Origin: Candidatus Omnitrophota bacterium
GTDB taxonomy: Bacteria > Omnitrophota > Gorgyraeia > B26-G9
DNA length: 64,000 bases
Reading direction: 5' to 3'
Assembly: GCA_043826565.1 (NCBI GenBank)
Contig: JBDRPX010000038.1
Span: forward strand, 70,334-134,333
The translations under genes and the position numbers were made by a program. The notes under the pieces are model-generated. The model searched no databases, was not told where the DNA came from, and saw nothing but the letters and a program-made list of their open reading frames with translations. This document shows positions 20,020 through 29,432 of the stretch, in pieces; within the stretch, counting starts at the first letter, position 1; each line of letters opens with the position of its first letter.

Positions 20020-20361
20020 ATGCCTATCAAAAAAGTAGATCTACATTTAAGCGAAAAATTAAAAGACCCTTATTTTAATGAGCTATATGAGCTTGAACAA
20101 CAAAAACTTGATATTGTAAAACGAATCATCGGTTATCGCATACAACATAAGTTAACTCAAGAACAACTAGCTAAAAAGGCTGGAGTTACACAGCAACATA
20201 TATCTAAAATAGAAAATGGAGAATTTAGTAGCATTCTTACACTTGAAAAAATTTTACTATTAATTGGTTTAACGGTGAAAATAAAGGTTGTGCCACTAGA
20301 CGTCAAGATTAAAAAAAATATTTTAAAAGTTTTTTCTAAAGATAAACTCCAAATCGCTTAA
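20020..20361 (+). CDS. XRE-family HTH antitoxin (HigA-like)
   Basis: LTQEQLAKKAGVTQQHISKIENG, directly after the toxin gene. Confidence 0.87.
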   Translation: MPIKKVDLHLSEKLKDPYFNELYELEQQKLDIVKRIIGYRIQHKLTQEQLAKKAGVTQQHISKIENGEFSSILTLEKILLLIGLTVKIKVVPLDVKIKKNILKVFSKDKLQIA

Positions 20362-20618
20362 TTTAAAAGGAGTTTTTAACCCTGCACCTCATAAAACATT
20401 ATTCGATTTTCCCTTCCGCTCACAACTCTTTTTTATTTGACTAACTTATAGCAAGAGAGTATTATTTATACATCACAATGGCAGAACTTAGGCAAGTCCT
20501 AAAAATGGCTTTTAAAAGGCACCTTTAGTGCAATCTTCCGCATAACTGGTGGAGAACGAGTAGTTCTAACGATAGTATGAATAAAAAACAATGCATAACA
20601 TAGTTTAAATGAATGGCC

Positions 20619-20807
20619 ACAAATAATTATATTCAAAATGTCAAAAATAATAATTGAAAACCGTTCAATAAACGTTTTTGGCAACGCAATTACCATGATC
20701 ATATTATCCGCAATACTAAATCATTGAATAAAATCCGTGAATATATTGTAAATAATCTTGCAACGTGGGATAATACTGAAAACAACCTGAATAATAAAAA
20801 TTATTAG
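20619..20807 (+). pseudogene. RAYT/IS200-like transposase fragment, C-terminal part
   Basis: TNNYIQNVKNNN*KPFNKRFWQRNYHDHIIRNTKSLNKIREYIVNNLATW, with an in-frame TGA at 20655-20657. Confidence 0.8.
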
Positions 20808-20829
20808 ACGCAATCAGAGGTTAAACCCG

Positions 20830-20858
20830 TTGACTTTTCCCGGCAAAAACCTTAAACT
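20830..20858 (+). promoter_or_regulatory. Sigma70-type promoter upstream of tRNA-Ala
   Basis: TTGACT-N17-TAAACT. Confidence 0.65.
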
Positions 20859-20875
20859 AATACTAGTATAAATTT

Positions 20876-20951
20876 GGGGTCATAGCTCAGCTGGGAGAGC
20901 GCCTCGTTCGCAACGAGGAGGCCGGGGGTTCGAGTCCCCCTGACTCCACCA
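20876..20951 (+). tRNA. tRNA-Ala (anticodon CGC)
   Basis: Acceptor GGGGTCA/TGACTCC with G3:U70, anticodon arm CCTCG-TTCGCAA-CGAGG, GGTTCGAGTCC, encoded CCA. Confidence 0.97.
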
Positions 20952-20976
20952 GTTTAAAATAAGAAAAGGCGAATAT

Positions 20977-21870
20977 ATGAAAATACTAAACTATATAATT
21001 AACCTTATATTGATTATCATAATATTGTCATTTCCTTTAGAGAGTAGCGCAGAAATAAATGTCGGGGATAGCCGGGAAGAAGTTATTATGCAATTAGGCG
21101 TTCCCTCAGGTCAATTAAAGAGTGATTCTGAAGAGATCCTTACATATTCTCAGGGATTTGTTACTATTTTAAACGGTAAAGTAATAAATATGAGCGATAA
21201 TTTTAAAAGTGTAGCTTCAACGGAGCATGACGATGTTTCTATTGGCAGTACCCGGGGAGATGTTATTGCTGTATATGGTCAACCCTCCGGAGAACTTCAA
21301 AGCGGAGAAGAAGATATCCTCACTTATCCCGGGGGAATTATTACGATAAAAGATGATAAAGTTATTTATATGGATGATGATTTTAACGCCCGCTTAGATG
21401 ACCGCAAAAAAGATGATGCGTTTAAAGAGCAGCAAAAAGCCAAAGGCCTGGTTTGGTATTACGGCAGATGGGTTACTCAGCAGGAACAGAGTGAAATGGA
21501 AAGAAAACTTTCCCAGGACAAAGCGAAAAAGAATTTGGAAGCTCAGCCTATACTCATTTTTTCTTCCGGTGGACAGGCTCTAGATATTAAAGAAGTTCTT
21601 GTCCCGAATAAAATTACAATAATTGATTTTTATGCCGATTGGTGCGGGCCCTGCCGGCAAATCTCTCCATATCTTGAGCAGATCGCTCGTAATGACCCGG
21701 ATGTTTATTTAAGAAAGATTGATATTGTAAATTGGCAGACCCCGATAGTCGCGCAATACAGCATCAAAAGTGTCCCCAATATTCGTGTTTTTAACCGAAG
21801 CGGGAAAATGGTTGGTCAGCCGACATATGATTTAAATAAAATCCAGGAATGGGTCCAAAGTTCAAAATAA
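20977..21870 (+). CDS. Exported thioredoxin-domain protein with two N-terminal repeats
   Basis: Signal peptide ending ESSA; two repeats of about 46 aa (VG.SR..V....G.PSG.L.S..E.ILTY); DFYADWCGPC. Confidence 0.85.
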   Translation: MKILNYIINLILIIIILSFPLESSAEINVGDSREEVIMQLGVPSGQLKSDSEEILTYSQGFVTILNGKVINMSDNFKSVASTEHDDVSIGSTRGDVIAVYGQPSGELQSGEEDILTYPGGIITIKDDKVIYMDDDFNARLDDRKKDDAFKEQQKAKGLVWYYGRWVTQQEQSEMERKLSQDKAKKNLEAQPILIFSSGGQALDIKEVLVPNKITIIDFYADWCGPCRQISPYLEQIARNDPDVYLRKIDIVNWQTPIVAQYSIKSVPNIRVFNRSGKMVGQPTYDLNKIQEWVQSSK

Positions 21871-21908
21871 TTTGCTTTTAATATTTTTCGCTAACTTTAG
21901 GAGGATAA

Positions 21909-22445
21909 ATGATAAGAAGAATTGCCCTGTTCATATTGGCGGTAATGTTCTGTGTCCCTTTGCTGGGATTAAACGGGTGTACAAAAAAAGAAAAAGACCC
22001 GGATAGATTCTACAGCAGTATCTATGGATTTTCCATAAAATTCCCTCAAGGATGGCAGACAACTCAGGATAAGGATACAGTTGTTAGTGCCCTAAGCCCC
22101 TTTGAGGATGATCAGGATATTCTACAGGAAGCTGTCGGCGTCATTGCTCAAAATCATTATTTGCCGATTTTACTTGATGATTGGTTTGCTTCGGTGCGGA
22201 GTGAAGCACGAGAAACTATTTTGCGATATCGTGAAATTGAAACCGGCCAGATGGTTATCGGAGATATTAATCTCAAATGGATAAAACGCAGCTATTTTGA
22301 CGATATTGGTGAGATTGTGGATAAATCCTATTGTTTTGTTAAAGGAAATCGAGGCTATATTATTTCCTGCAATTCCCAGCCTGATAAATTCAGTAAATAT
22401 GAAAAACTATTTGAAGAATCTGTAAAAACATTCCGATTTGAGTGA
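21909..22445 (+). CDS. Lipoprotein, PsbP/DcrB-like fold
   Basis: Lipobox LNGC; YGFSIKFPQGW...FEESVKTFRF. Confidence 0.7.
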   Translation: MIRRIALFILAVMFCVPLLGLNGCTKKEKDPDRFYSSIYGFSIKFPQGWQTTQDKDTVVSALSPFEDDQDILQEAVGVIAQNHYLPILLDDWFASVRSEARETILRYREIETGQMVIGDINLKWIKRSYFDDIGEIVDKSYCFVKGNRGYIISCNSQPDKFSKYEKLFEESVKTFRFE

Positions 22446-22451
22446 TTTGAA

Positions 22452-22661
22452 ATGATTCCGCTTATTATACTACTATTTGCTATTCTTGTAATCGTGCTTA
22501 AAAATGCCGGATTAATTCACAACCCCATAGTTGTCTTCGTAATCGCTTCAGTAATTATTATCTGCTCAGCATTTCTTCTAAAAGATAATTTGACTATTTC
22601 TTCGGATACTGATAAATCCATTAAATCGGAGGCGTGTTCATGCAAGAGCTCGAATCATTAA
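22452..22661 (+). CDS. Small 2-TM membrane protein
   Basis: Two hydrophobic stretches; tight operon spacing. Confidence 0.55.
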   Translation: MIPLIILLFAILVIVLKNAGLIHNPIVVFVIASVIIICSAFLLKDNLTISSDTDKSIKSEACSCKSSNH

Positions 22662-23242
22662 ATATGTTGATGGTTTCTCAAAAAAAAGAATGGGGTGAGA
22701 TTCTCAGCGGTTTTGAAACAAAAAATAAATATGTTATTAAGGATCAAAACGGTAGCAATATTTATTGTGCCGGTGAAGTCGGCGGGAATTGGTTTTTACG
22801 TGTTTTTCTGAAAGCGTTTCGACCATTCACATTGGATGTAAGAGGATTTGATAATCGGCCGATTATTCGTTTAATTAGGCCTTTTCGATTTTATTATCAT
22901 AAAGCAGACATTTTTAAGTCGGATGGCGGCCTGCTGGGGACAATAAAAAAAAACTTTTCTTTTTTGGCAAGAAAATACTCTATATTCAATGATTCGCAGG
23001 AAGAGATCTATCAGCTTTTTGGCCCGATATTCCATCCTTGGACTTTTATAATTAAGCAGAATGGGAGGGAAGTCGGAAAAATTGCAAAAAAATGGAGCGG
23101 GCTTTTCAAAGAGGGCTTTACGGATGCGGATAATTTCGCGGTTGTGTTTCCTGCCGAAGCAGATCTAACAGATAAAGGACTGCTTTTAGGAGCAGTGTTT
23201 TTAATTGATTTTGTCCATTTTGAAAATACCGGTAATAGTTAA
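22640..23242 (+). CDS. Phospholipid scramblase / LURP-one family protein
   Basis: FETKNKY, RPF, GKIAKKWSG..KE.FTDADNF.V.FP, LLLGAVFLIDF; GGAGG before ATG 22640. Confidence 0.85.
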   Translation: MQELESLNMLMVSQKKEWGEILSGFETKNKYVIKDQNGSNIYCAGEVGGNWFLRVFLKAFRPFTLDVRGFDNRPIIRLIRPFRFYYHKADIFKSDGGLLGTIKKNFSFLARKYSIFNDSQEEIYQLFGPIFHPWTFIIKQNGREVGKIAKKWSGLFKEGFTDADNFAVVFPAEADLTDKGLLLGAVFLIDFVHFENTGNS

Positions 23243-23268
23243 TTTAGTAAAAAAGGAGAAATACAATA

Positions 23269-23772
23269 ATGAGAATACTAGATCCAAAATTCAACCAGAA
23301 CAAAGCTAGCTATTTTTTGCAAAGTTTGCTGGCAACATTAGCGATCTTTGTCGTTCTGATATTGCTTGATGCCCGAACAAACTCAGCAGTTATCGCTGCT
23401 TTGGGGGCAAGTTCGTTTATTGCTTTTACCATGCCGCACGCTGAGCTTTCCCAGCCAAAATTTTTGATTGGAAGCTACCTGTTGGGGATTATATCTGCCG
23501 GTATTTGTTATTATTTGTCGATACTGCCGTTTATTAAGCAAATCCCTTTTGTTTCTGACTTTTCCTGTATTATTTTTGGCTCTATTGCTGTCGGTCTGGT
23601 AATATTTTTAATGGTCATTACCAATACTGAACATCCTCCGGCAGCCAGCTTGGCTTTAGGACTTGTTTTTAATTTATTTAATCTTAAGTCAGTATTCATT
23701 GTTTTTAGCGGCATTGTGTGTCTTTCGATTATTAAAGCCATATTAAAACCGGTTCTGAAGGATTTGATATAG
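23269..23772 (+). CDS. HPP family membrane protein
   Basis: LGASSFIAF..P, TEHPPAA, several TM segments. Confidence 0.85.
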   Translation: MRILDPKFNQNKASYFLQSLLATLAIFVVLILLDARTNSAVIAALGASSFIAFTMPHAELSQPKFLIGSYLLGIISAGICYYLSILPFIKQIPFVSDFSCIIFGSIAVGLVIFLMVITNTEHPPAASLALGLVFNLFNLKSVFIVFSGIVCLSIIKAILKPVLKDLI

Positions 23773-23776
23773 AGTC

Positions 23777-24898
23777 ATGCAAAGGGAATCATTTAAAAAA
23801 ATCAATAGAAGAGATTTTTTAAAACTATGCCTGGGAACAACCGGGTACTTGGTTGCTGAAGATGTCCCGGAATTATTTGCGTATGATGCTCCTGTAGAAG
23901 CATTACACTATATAAAAGATCCTAAAAATACAATTAAATGTGTGCTTTGTCCTCATCAGTGTATTATCAGCAGCGGGGAAAGAGGCTTCTGCCGGGCCAG
24001 GGAAAATAAAAACGGAAAATTATACAGTATTGTTTACGGAAAACTTTGTGCGGTGCATAGCGACCCCATAGAAAAAAAACCGCTTTTTCATGTTTATCCC
24101 GGCTCGAACTCTTTTTCTTTAGCTAGTGTAGGCTGTAACCTGCGCTGTAAATTTTGTCAGAATTGGCAAATTTCCCAAGCAAAGCCAGCGGATGTTCAAG
24201 CCGTAAAACTTACTTCCGATGTTTTAGTCGCCAAAGCCGTTCAGTCCGGCTGTAAAACAATTGCGTATACCTATACTGAGCCGACAGTATATTATGAATA
24301 TATGCTTGATGTGGCGAAAATAGCGAAAAAAAATAATATCGCCAGTGTATTACATTCAAATGGATTTATAAATCCCGATCCTTTACAGGAGTTATTACCG
24401 TATGTAACAGCGATGAATGTCGATCTTAAAGGATTTACGAATGAATATTATGCTGAAATTTGTTCGGGGAATCTGCCAAGTGTCTTAAATAGTCTGAAGA
24501 TTATTAAGCAGATGGATGTTTGGCTTGAATTAACAAACCTGGTCATACCTACTTTAAATGACCAAAGTGATAATATAAAAAGAATGAGCGCCTGGATATT
24601 AAAGGAATTAGGGGATGATGTTCCGGTTCATTTTTCCCGCTTTTTCCCTATGTATAAATTAGCCAAGCTGCCGCCAACAACACTTAGTACACTAGAACAG
24701 GCAAGAAATACCGCGATGAGTGAAGGACTTAAATTTGTGTATATAGGTAATGTTCCCGGACACTCGGCAGAAAATACTTATTGCCCAAATTGCAATAATA
24801 TGATTATTAAGAGAGTAGGGTATTCGGTTGTGGAAAATAACTTGATCAATAATATGTGTTCCGGTTGCAAAACGAAGATATCCGGGGTATGGTCATGA
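23777..24898 (+). CDS. amrS: AmmeMemoRadiSam radical SAM enzyme with twin-arginine-like N-terminus
   Basis: CVLCPHQC..GFCRAR, DPIEKKPLFH, GCNLRCKFCQNW, YTYTEP, YIGNVPG, CPNC; N-terminal NRRDFLK. Confidence 0.93.
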   Translation: MQRESFKKINRRDFLKLCLGTTGYLVAEDVPELFAYDAPVEALHYIKDPKNTIKCVLCPHQCIISSGERGFCRARENKNGKLYSIVYGKLCAVHSDPIEKKPLFHVYPGSNSFSLASVGCNLRCKFCQNWQISQAKPADVQAVKLTSDVLVAKAVQSGCKTIAYTYTEPTVYYEYMLDVAKIAKKNNIASVLHSNGFINPDPLQELLPYVTAMNVDLKGFTNEYYAEICSGNLPSVLNSLKIIKQMDVWLELTNLVIPTLNDQSDNIKRMSAWILKELGDDVPVHFSRFFPMYKLAKLPPTTLSTLEQARNTAMSEGLKFVYIGNVPGHSAENTYCPNCNNMIIKRVGYSVVENNLINNMCSGCKTKISGVWS

Positions 24899-26391
24899 AA
24901 ACCAATAGATTAATAATTTTGTTCTTCTTAAGTGGGATATTTTTAATTATTTGTTTTTCCCCGTGGGGCTGGACTGCGCAAACCGGAAATATTAAAAAAC
25001 CTGATTTTGCGGAATTGTTCTATCCTGCCGACCCGCAAAGATTAGAAAATGCAATTGAAAGTTATATTAGTAAAGCATACTTAGCTGAAGTTCCGCACGA
25101 TATCCGGGGACTTATCAGTCCGCATGCCGGATATGTCTATTCCGGGCCGGTTGCTGCCTATGGATACAAATCTTTACTTGGGAAAAAATACAAAACGGTT
25201 ATTATCCTTGCGCCCTCACACAATAAATTCCTTGAGCATATTGCGGTCTACGCAAATGGTGCTTTTGAGACACCTTTAGGAAAAGTAAAAATAGATACTG
25301 AATTTACCCGTGCCTTAATGGCGGATAATCGTGATGTTCAACACATCCCGGATGTTTTTAATAATGAACATTCCCTGGAAGTTCAAATACCGTTCTTACA
25401 AAAAGTACTTATTGATTTCAAAATCGTACCGATTATAATCAGCAGTCATTCTCTATCTATGTGTGATAGTTTAGCGAAAAGCCTTGTAAAAACAATGGGC
25501 GAAAGGAATGATGTGCTGATCCTTGCCAGTTCCGACATGTCTCATTTTCACAATCAGGAAATAGCCGCGCAAATTGATCAGGAAACAATATCTCTGATTG
25601 AAGATTTTAATGTTTCTAAGCTTTTCCAGCAGATTCAAGCACGCAAATCAGAGCTTTGCGGAGGGGATCCGGTTATTGCTCTTTTGCTGGCGATGAAAAG
25701 TCTTAATGCTACTGATGTTCAATTGTTGAAGTACGCAACATCATATAATACTACTGGTAGTAACGATAAAAGGGTTGTCGGTTACAGCAGTATCATTTTT
25801 TCCTTAAGTGCTAATCTTTCCGGAAGAGAAGGGAGTTCTCATATGTTAACTCAAGAGCAAAGAACTAAGCTGTTAAAAATCGCCAAAGATTCAATCCGGG
25901 AGTATGTTTTGACTCATAAACGAATTATAATTGAAGAAAATGATCCGGCATTATTGCAAAAACAAGGTGCTTTTGTAACAATTAAAAAGAATGGGCAATT
26001 AAGAGGATGTATCGGGCGTATTGTTGCCGATACTTCATTGGCCAATACTGTTAGTGAGATGGCTATTCAAGCGGCTACCAGTGATCCCCGTTTTGCGGCT
26101 TTGGATAAAAATGAATTAGATTTAATTACTTTGGAGATATCAGCAATGTCGCCGATAAAACAAATTGATACTATTGAAGAGATAGTCGTTGGTAAGCATG
26201 GGCTGATTATCCAAAAAGGTTTTTCTTCGGGACTATTATTGCCCCAGGTAGCTACGGAATACAATTGGACACGTGAGGAGTTTTTACAGCAAACCTGCCG
26301 TAAGGCCGGGCTGAGAGCTGAGGATTGGAAAAATAATGCACAAATATATATATTTAGCGCAGAGGTTTTTAAAGAGAAGGAGTTAAAATGA
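24895..26391 (+). CDS. AmmeMemoRadiSam protein B (MEMO1-like) fused to protein A (AMMECR1-like), with N-terminal signal or anchor
   Basis: PHAGYVYSG, EHSLEVQIPF, SSDMSH, VVGY; then GAFVT...LRGCIG, DPRF, GLLLPQVA; ATGA overlap with amrS. Confidence 0.92.
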   Translation: MKTNRLIILFFLSGIFLIICFSPWGWTAQTGNIKKPDFAELFYPADPQRLENAIESYISKAYLAEVPHDIRGLISPHAGYVYSGPVAAYGYKSLLGKKYKTVIILAPSHNKFLEHIAVYANGAFETPLGKVKIDTEFTRALMADNRDVQHIPDVFNNEHSLEVQIPFLQKVLIDFKIVPIIISSHSLSMCDSLAKSLVKTMGERNDVLILASSDMSHFHNQEIAAQIDQETISLIEDFNVSKLFQQIQARKSELCGGDPVIALLLAMKSLNATDVQLLKYATSYNTTGSNDKRVVGYSSIIFSLSANLSGREGSSHMLTQEQRTKLLKIAKDSIREYVLTHKRIIIEENDPALLQKQGAFVTIKKNGQLRGCIGRIVADTSLANTVSEMAIQAATSDPRFAALDKNELDLITLEISAMSPIKQIDTIEEIVVGKHGLIIQKGFSSGLLLPQVATEYNWTREEFLQQTCRKAGLRAEDWKNNAQIYIFSAEVFKEKELK

Positions 26392-26777
26392 ATCATAAGA
26401 TCTTAGTTGTTGATGATGAAAAAGAAATGGTAGAAGTTCTGAGCACCACTCTTAAACGGGCTGGTTATGATGTGGACACGGCAAATAATGGGAGAGAGGC
26501 TCTGGGAGCGTATTTAGAATCTCTGCATCGAGAACCTTTTTCATTAATGACTCTGGATATAAAGATGACGGGGATAGATGGCTTGGAAGTGCTGGAAATC
26601 ATCAGAAAAGAGGAGGAATTAAGAGGGATCCCCCTCGGTAAAGGTATTCCGATCATTATGAGTACTGCGTTTGCTACTCCTTGGCCGGAAGCATTTAAAA
26701 AAGGCTGCGACGACTATATCTTAAAGCCTTACAAAATGGAAGACCTTTTAGGCAAGATAGAAGATAAGATCAAATAG
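26388..26777 (+). CDS. Single-domain response regulator
   Basis: LVVDDE, LDIKM, YILKP. Confidence 0.9.
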   Translation: MNHKILVVDDEKEMVEVLSTTLKRAGYDVDTANNGREALGAYLESLHREPFSLMTLDIKMTGIDGLEVLEIIRKEEELRGIPLGKGIPIIMSTAFATPWPEAFKKGCDDYILKPYKMEDLLGKIEDKIK

Positions 26778-26884
26778 GCACTTATGCGGCCATGCTCTAT
26801 TTTCTTGTTTTTTAACGTGTATATATGTTATTATAATTAAAAATTTAGTTTTGATTGAATAATAATTCGGTTGAGGAGGTAGGT

Positions 26885-27325
26885 ATGCCAAAAATACTAG
26901 TTATCCACGGGCCTAATTTAAATTTGCTGGGGGAAAGAGAGCCGGAAATATACGGAGTAGTTACCTTGGAAAGTATTAATAAAAAGGTAGTTGAATGGGG
27001 AAATACACATAATATAGAAGTTGATACTTTTCAATCTAATCATGAAGGTGAAATCGTTGATATTATCGGTAAATCAAAGAGGGATTATACCGCAATTGTA
27101 ATTAATCCGGCAGCGTATACCCATACCAGTGTAGCGATTCGGGATGCAATTAGTGCGGTGGGTATTCCGACTGTAGAAGTACATCTTTCCAATATTCATG
27201 CGAGAGAAGATTTTCGCCATACCTCAGTTATTGCTTCAGTAAGCTGTGGCCAAATATGCGGGTTTGGAGAAGACAGCTATATGCTCGGGCTTGAAGCTGT
27301 ACTCAGCGTGATAAAAAAATCTTAA
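26885..27325 (+). CDS. aroQ: Type II 3-dehydroquinate dehydratase
   Basis: HGPNLNLLGEREPEIYG, QSNHEGE, EVHLSNIHARE; GAGGAGG before ATG 26885. Confidence 0.96.
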   Translation: MPKILVIHGPNLNLLGEREPEIYGVVTLESINKKVVEWGNTHNIEVDTFQSNHEGEIVDIIGKSKRDYTAIVINPAAYTHTSVAIRDAISAVGIPTVEVHLSNIHAREDFRHTSVIASVSCGQICGFGEDSYMLGLEAVLSVIKKS

Positions 27326-27330
27326 TTAAA

Positions 27331-28371
27331 ATGGAAAATCAGCGAATTTTAAAAGTGAGAGGTTTTTTAAGACGTCACGGGTTTGATGCTTTTTTAATTA
27401 CTTCCTTGGCAAATATTAGGTATCTAAGCGGGTTTACCGGAGGTGACTGTTATATATTATTAACAAAAACAGAAAATATTTTTATTGGTGACTTCCGCTA
27501 TACACTCCAGGCGGAAAAAGAGCTTGATAAATCTTTTCGGATTGAAATGATAAAAAATGGATTGTCTTCGCTCCTTAAGGAATTTATTTCGGGAAAAAAA
27601 CTTCATTCTCTGTGTTTTGAAGATAAACATATAACTGTATCTTTTTTTAACAGGATAAAAAAAAGCCTGCCAAAAATTCACCTTATTCCGACTAGTAATG
27701 TGATTGAGAAGCAGCGTATAATTAAGACAGATAAAGAGATTGCCCTAATTTCTAAAGCAGTCGATATTACCAAACAGGCTTTAAACAAATTAAAACCATT
27801 TATTAAGCCGGGAATAACTGAAATATGGATTAAAAATAAACTGGATTATTTATTGAAAAGCTTTGGCGGACAGCAGCCCTCTTTTGATATTATTGTTGCG
27901 TCAGGGCCTAACGGAGCAATGCCGCATGCTGGGACAACGACACGCCAAATTCAAAAGAACGAACCGATTATTGTGGATGTCGGAACTGTTTTTGAAGGTT
28001 ATAAATCCGACTTGACAAGGACATTTTTTTCAGGTAAAATGACGCAATATGCTCATTACTATAAACTTATTGCTGCAGCGCAAAAAAAGGCAATAAGTTT
28101 AATCCGACCCTCGGTGAAAATTCGAGACATCGACCTGGCTGCTCGTAATTATTTAAAAAGAAACAAGGTAGATAAGTATTTCGGGCATGCTTTAGGCCAT
28201 GGTGTTGGGTTGGAAGTACATGAGGAACCAAGAATATACTGGAAAAACAGTCAGCGGTTAAAACCCGGCATGGTTTTTACAGTGGAGCCGGGTATATATA
28301 TCCCTGAATGGGGCGGCATTAGAATTGAAGATATGGTTTTAGTGACTAAGAAAGGGTGTAAGGTTTTATAG
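27331..28371 (+). CDS. Xaa-Pro aminopeptidase (M24B)
   Basis: YLSGFTG, SDLTRT, HALGHGVGLEVHE, TVEPGIY, GIRIED. Confidence 0.93.
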   Translation: MENQRILKVRGFLRRHGFDAFLITSLANIRYLSGFTGGDCYILLTKTENIFIGDFRYTLQAEKELDKSFRIEMIKNGLSSLLKEFISGKKLHSLCFEDKHITVSFFNRIKKSLPKIHLIPTSNVIEKQRIIKTDKEIALISKAVDITKQALNKLKPFIKPGITEIWIKNKLDYLLKSFGGQQPSFDIIVASGPNGAMPHAGTTTRQIQKNEPIIVDVGTVFEGYKSDLTRTFFSGKMTQYAHYYKLIAAAQKKAISLIRPSVKIRDIDLAARNYLKRNKVDKYFGHALGHGVGLEVHEEPRIYWKNSQRLKPGMVFTVEPGIYIPEWGGIRIEDMVLVTKKGCKVL

Positions 28372-28373
28372 CG

Positions 28374-28931
28374 ATGATAACAACAAGTCAGTTTAAAAGC
28401 GGATTAACCCTGGAAATTGAAGGTGATCTGTATTCTGTTATTGAATATCAACATGTTAAGCCTGGAAAAGGCGGTGCTTTTGTACGTACAAAAATGAGAA
28501 ACATGCGGACAAAAAAGGTGTTGGAAAGAACGTATCGACCAGACGAAAAATTCCAGGAAGCATTTATTGAAGAAAAAACAATGCAATATATGTACCGGGC
28601 AGGAGATTCTTTCCATTTTATGGATCAGGAGACTTTTGAAGAAGTCGTCATTGATAAAGAAAGAATAAGTGATATTGAGGGGTTTTTAAAAGAAACAATG
28701 GATATCACGATTATTAGTTATAAAAATGAATACATTGAAGTTAATCTCCCCATGTTTATTGAACTGAAGATTGCTCATACTGAGCCAGGAATAAAAGGGG
28801 ATACGGCAAAATCTTCTTTTAAGCCGGCTACACTTGAAACCGGAGCAACGATACAAGTGCCGCTTTTTATTGATCAAAATGATGTGATTAAGATTGACAC
28901 TCGTAGCGGAGCTTATGTGGAGCGCGTTTAA
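28374..28931 (+). CDS. efp: Elongation factor P
   Basis: HVKPGKGGAFVR, PGIKGDT, KPATLETG, VPLFI. Confidence 0.97.
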   Translation: MITTSQFKSGLTLEIEGDLYSVIEYQHVKPGKGGAFVRTKMRNMRTKKVLERTYRPDEKFQEAFIEEKTMQYMYRAGDSFHFMDQETFEEVVIDKERISDIEGFLKETMDITIISYKNEYIEVNLPMFIELKIAHTEPGIKGDTAKSSFKPATLETGATIQVPLFIDQNDVIKIDTRSGAYVERV

Positions 28932-28961
28932 AGTAGGCAATATTAGAATAAGGAGTCCCTT

Positions 28962-29426
28962 ATGAATGCAAAAGAAATCAAAGAAATGATTAAGTTAATG
29001 GAGGATAATAATCTGACTGAGTTCGAGTTAGAAAGGGAAGGTTTTAAAATCCGTCTTAGTCGGGCAGGGATGGCAGTAAATTCCCCGCAAAACTTTATTG
29101 TCGAGAGAGTAAATTCTTCGCAGGAACATGCCGGCGGATATAATATCCCCCAATCGGCTCCGGCTGTACCGGAAGTCAATGCTAATTACCAGGAAATAAA
29201 AGCTCCGATGGTGGGAACATTTTATCGTTCACCTTCTCCGGAAGCAGCGTCTTTTGTGGAAGTGGGGGCAGAAGTTGAAATTGGACAAGTGGTGTGTATT
29301 ATTGAGGCAATGAAATTAATGAATGAAATTAAGTCTGAGATTAAAGGTAAGATAAAAGAAATTCTAATTGAAAATGGAGATCCGATTGAATTTGGTCAAA
29401 TTTTATTTAGAATAGAGAGCAAATAG
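28962..29426 (+). CDS. accB: Acetyl-CoA carboxylase biotin carboxyl carrier protein
   Basis: PMVGTFYRSPSP, EAMKLMN. Confidence 0.97.
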   Translation: MNAKEIKEMIKLMEDNNLTEFELEREGFKIRLSRAGMAVNSPQNFIVERVNSSQEHAGGYNIPQSAPAVPEVNANYQEIKAPMVGTFYRSPSPEAASFVEVGAEVEIGQVVCIIEAMKLMNEIKSEIKGKIKEILIENGDPIEFGQILFRIESK

Positions 29427-29432
29427 AAAAAT

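Noticed and set aside
20655-20657. TGA at a position where Trp is expected, suggesting stop-codon recoding
   Set aside because: TGA terminates many intact genes here and the fragment is a pseudogene; a TGG-to-TGA mutation is simpler.
19169-20807. One transposase gene split by TA insertion
   Set aside because: The two fragments overlap in homologous sequence and differ there, which favours two copies.
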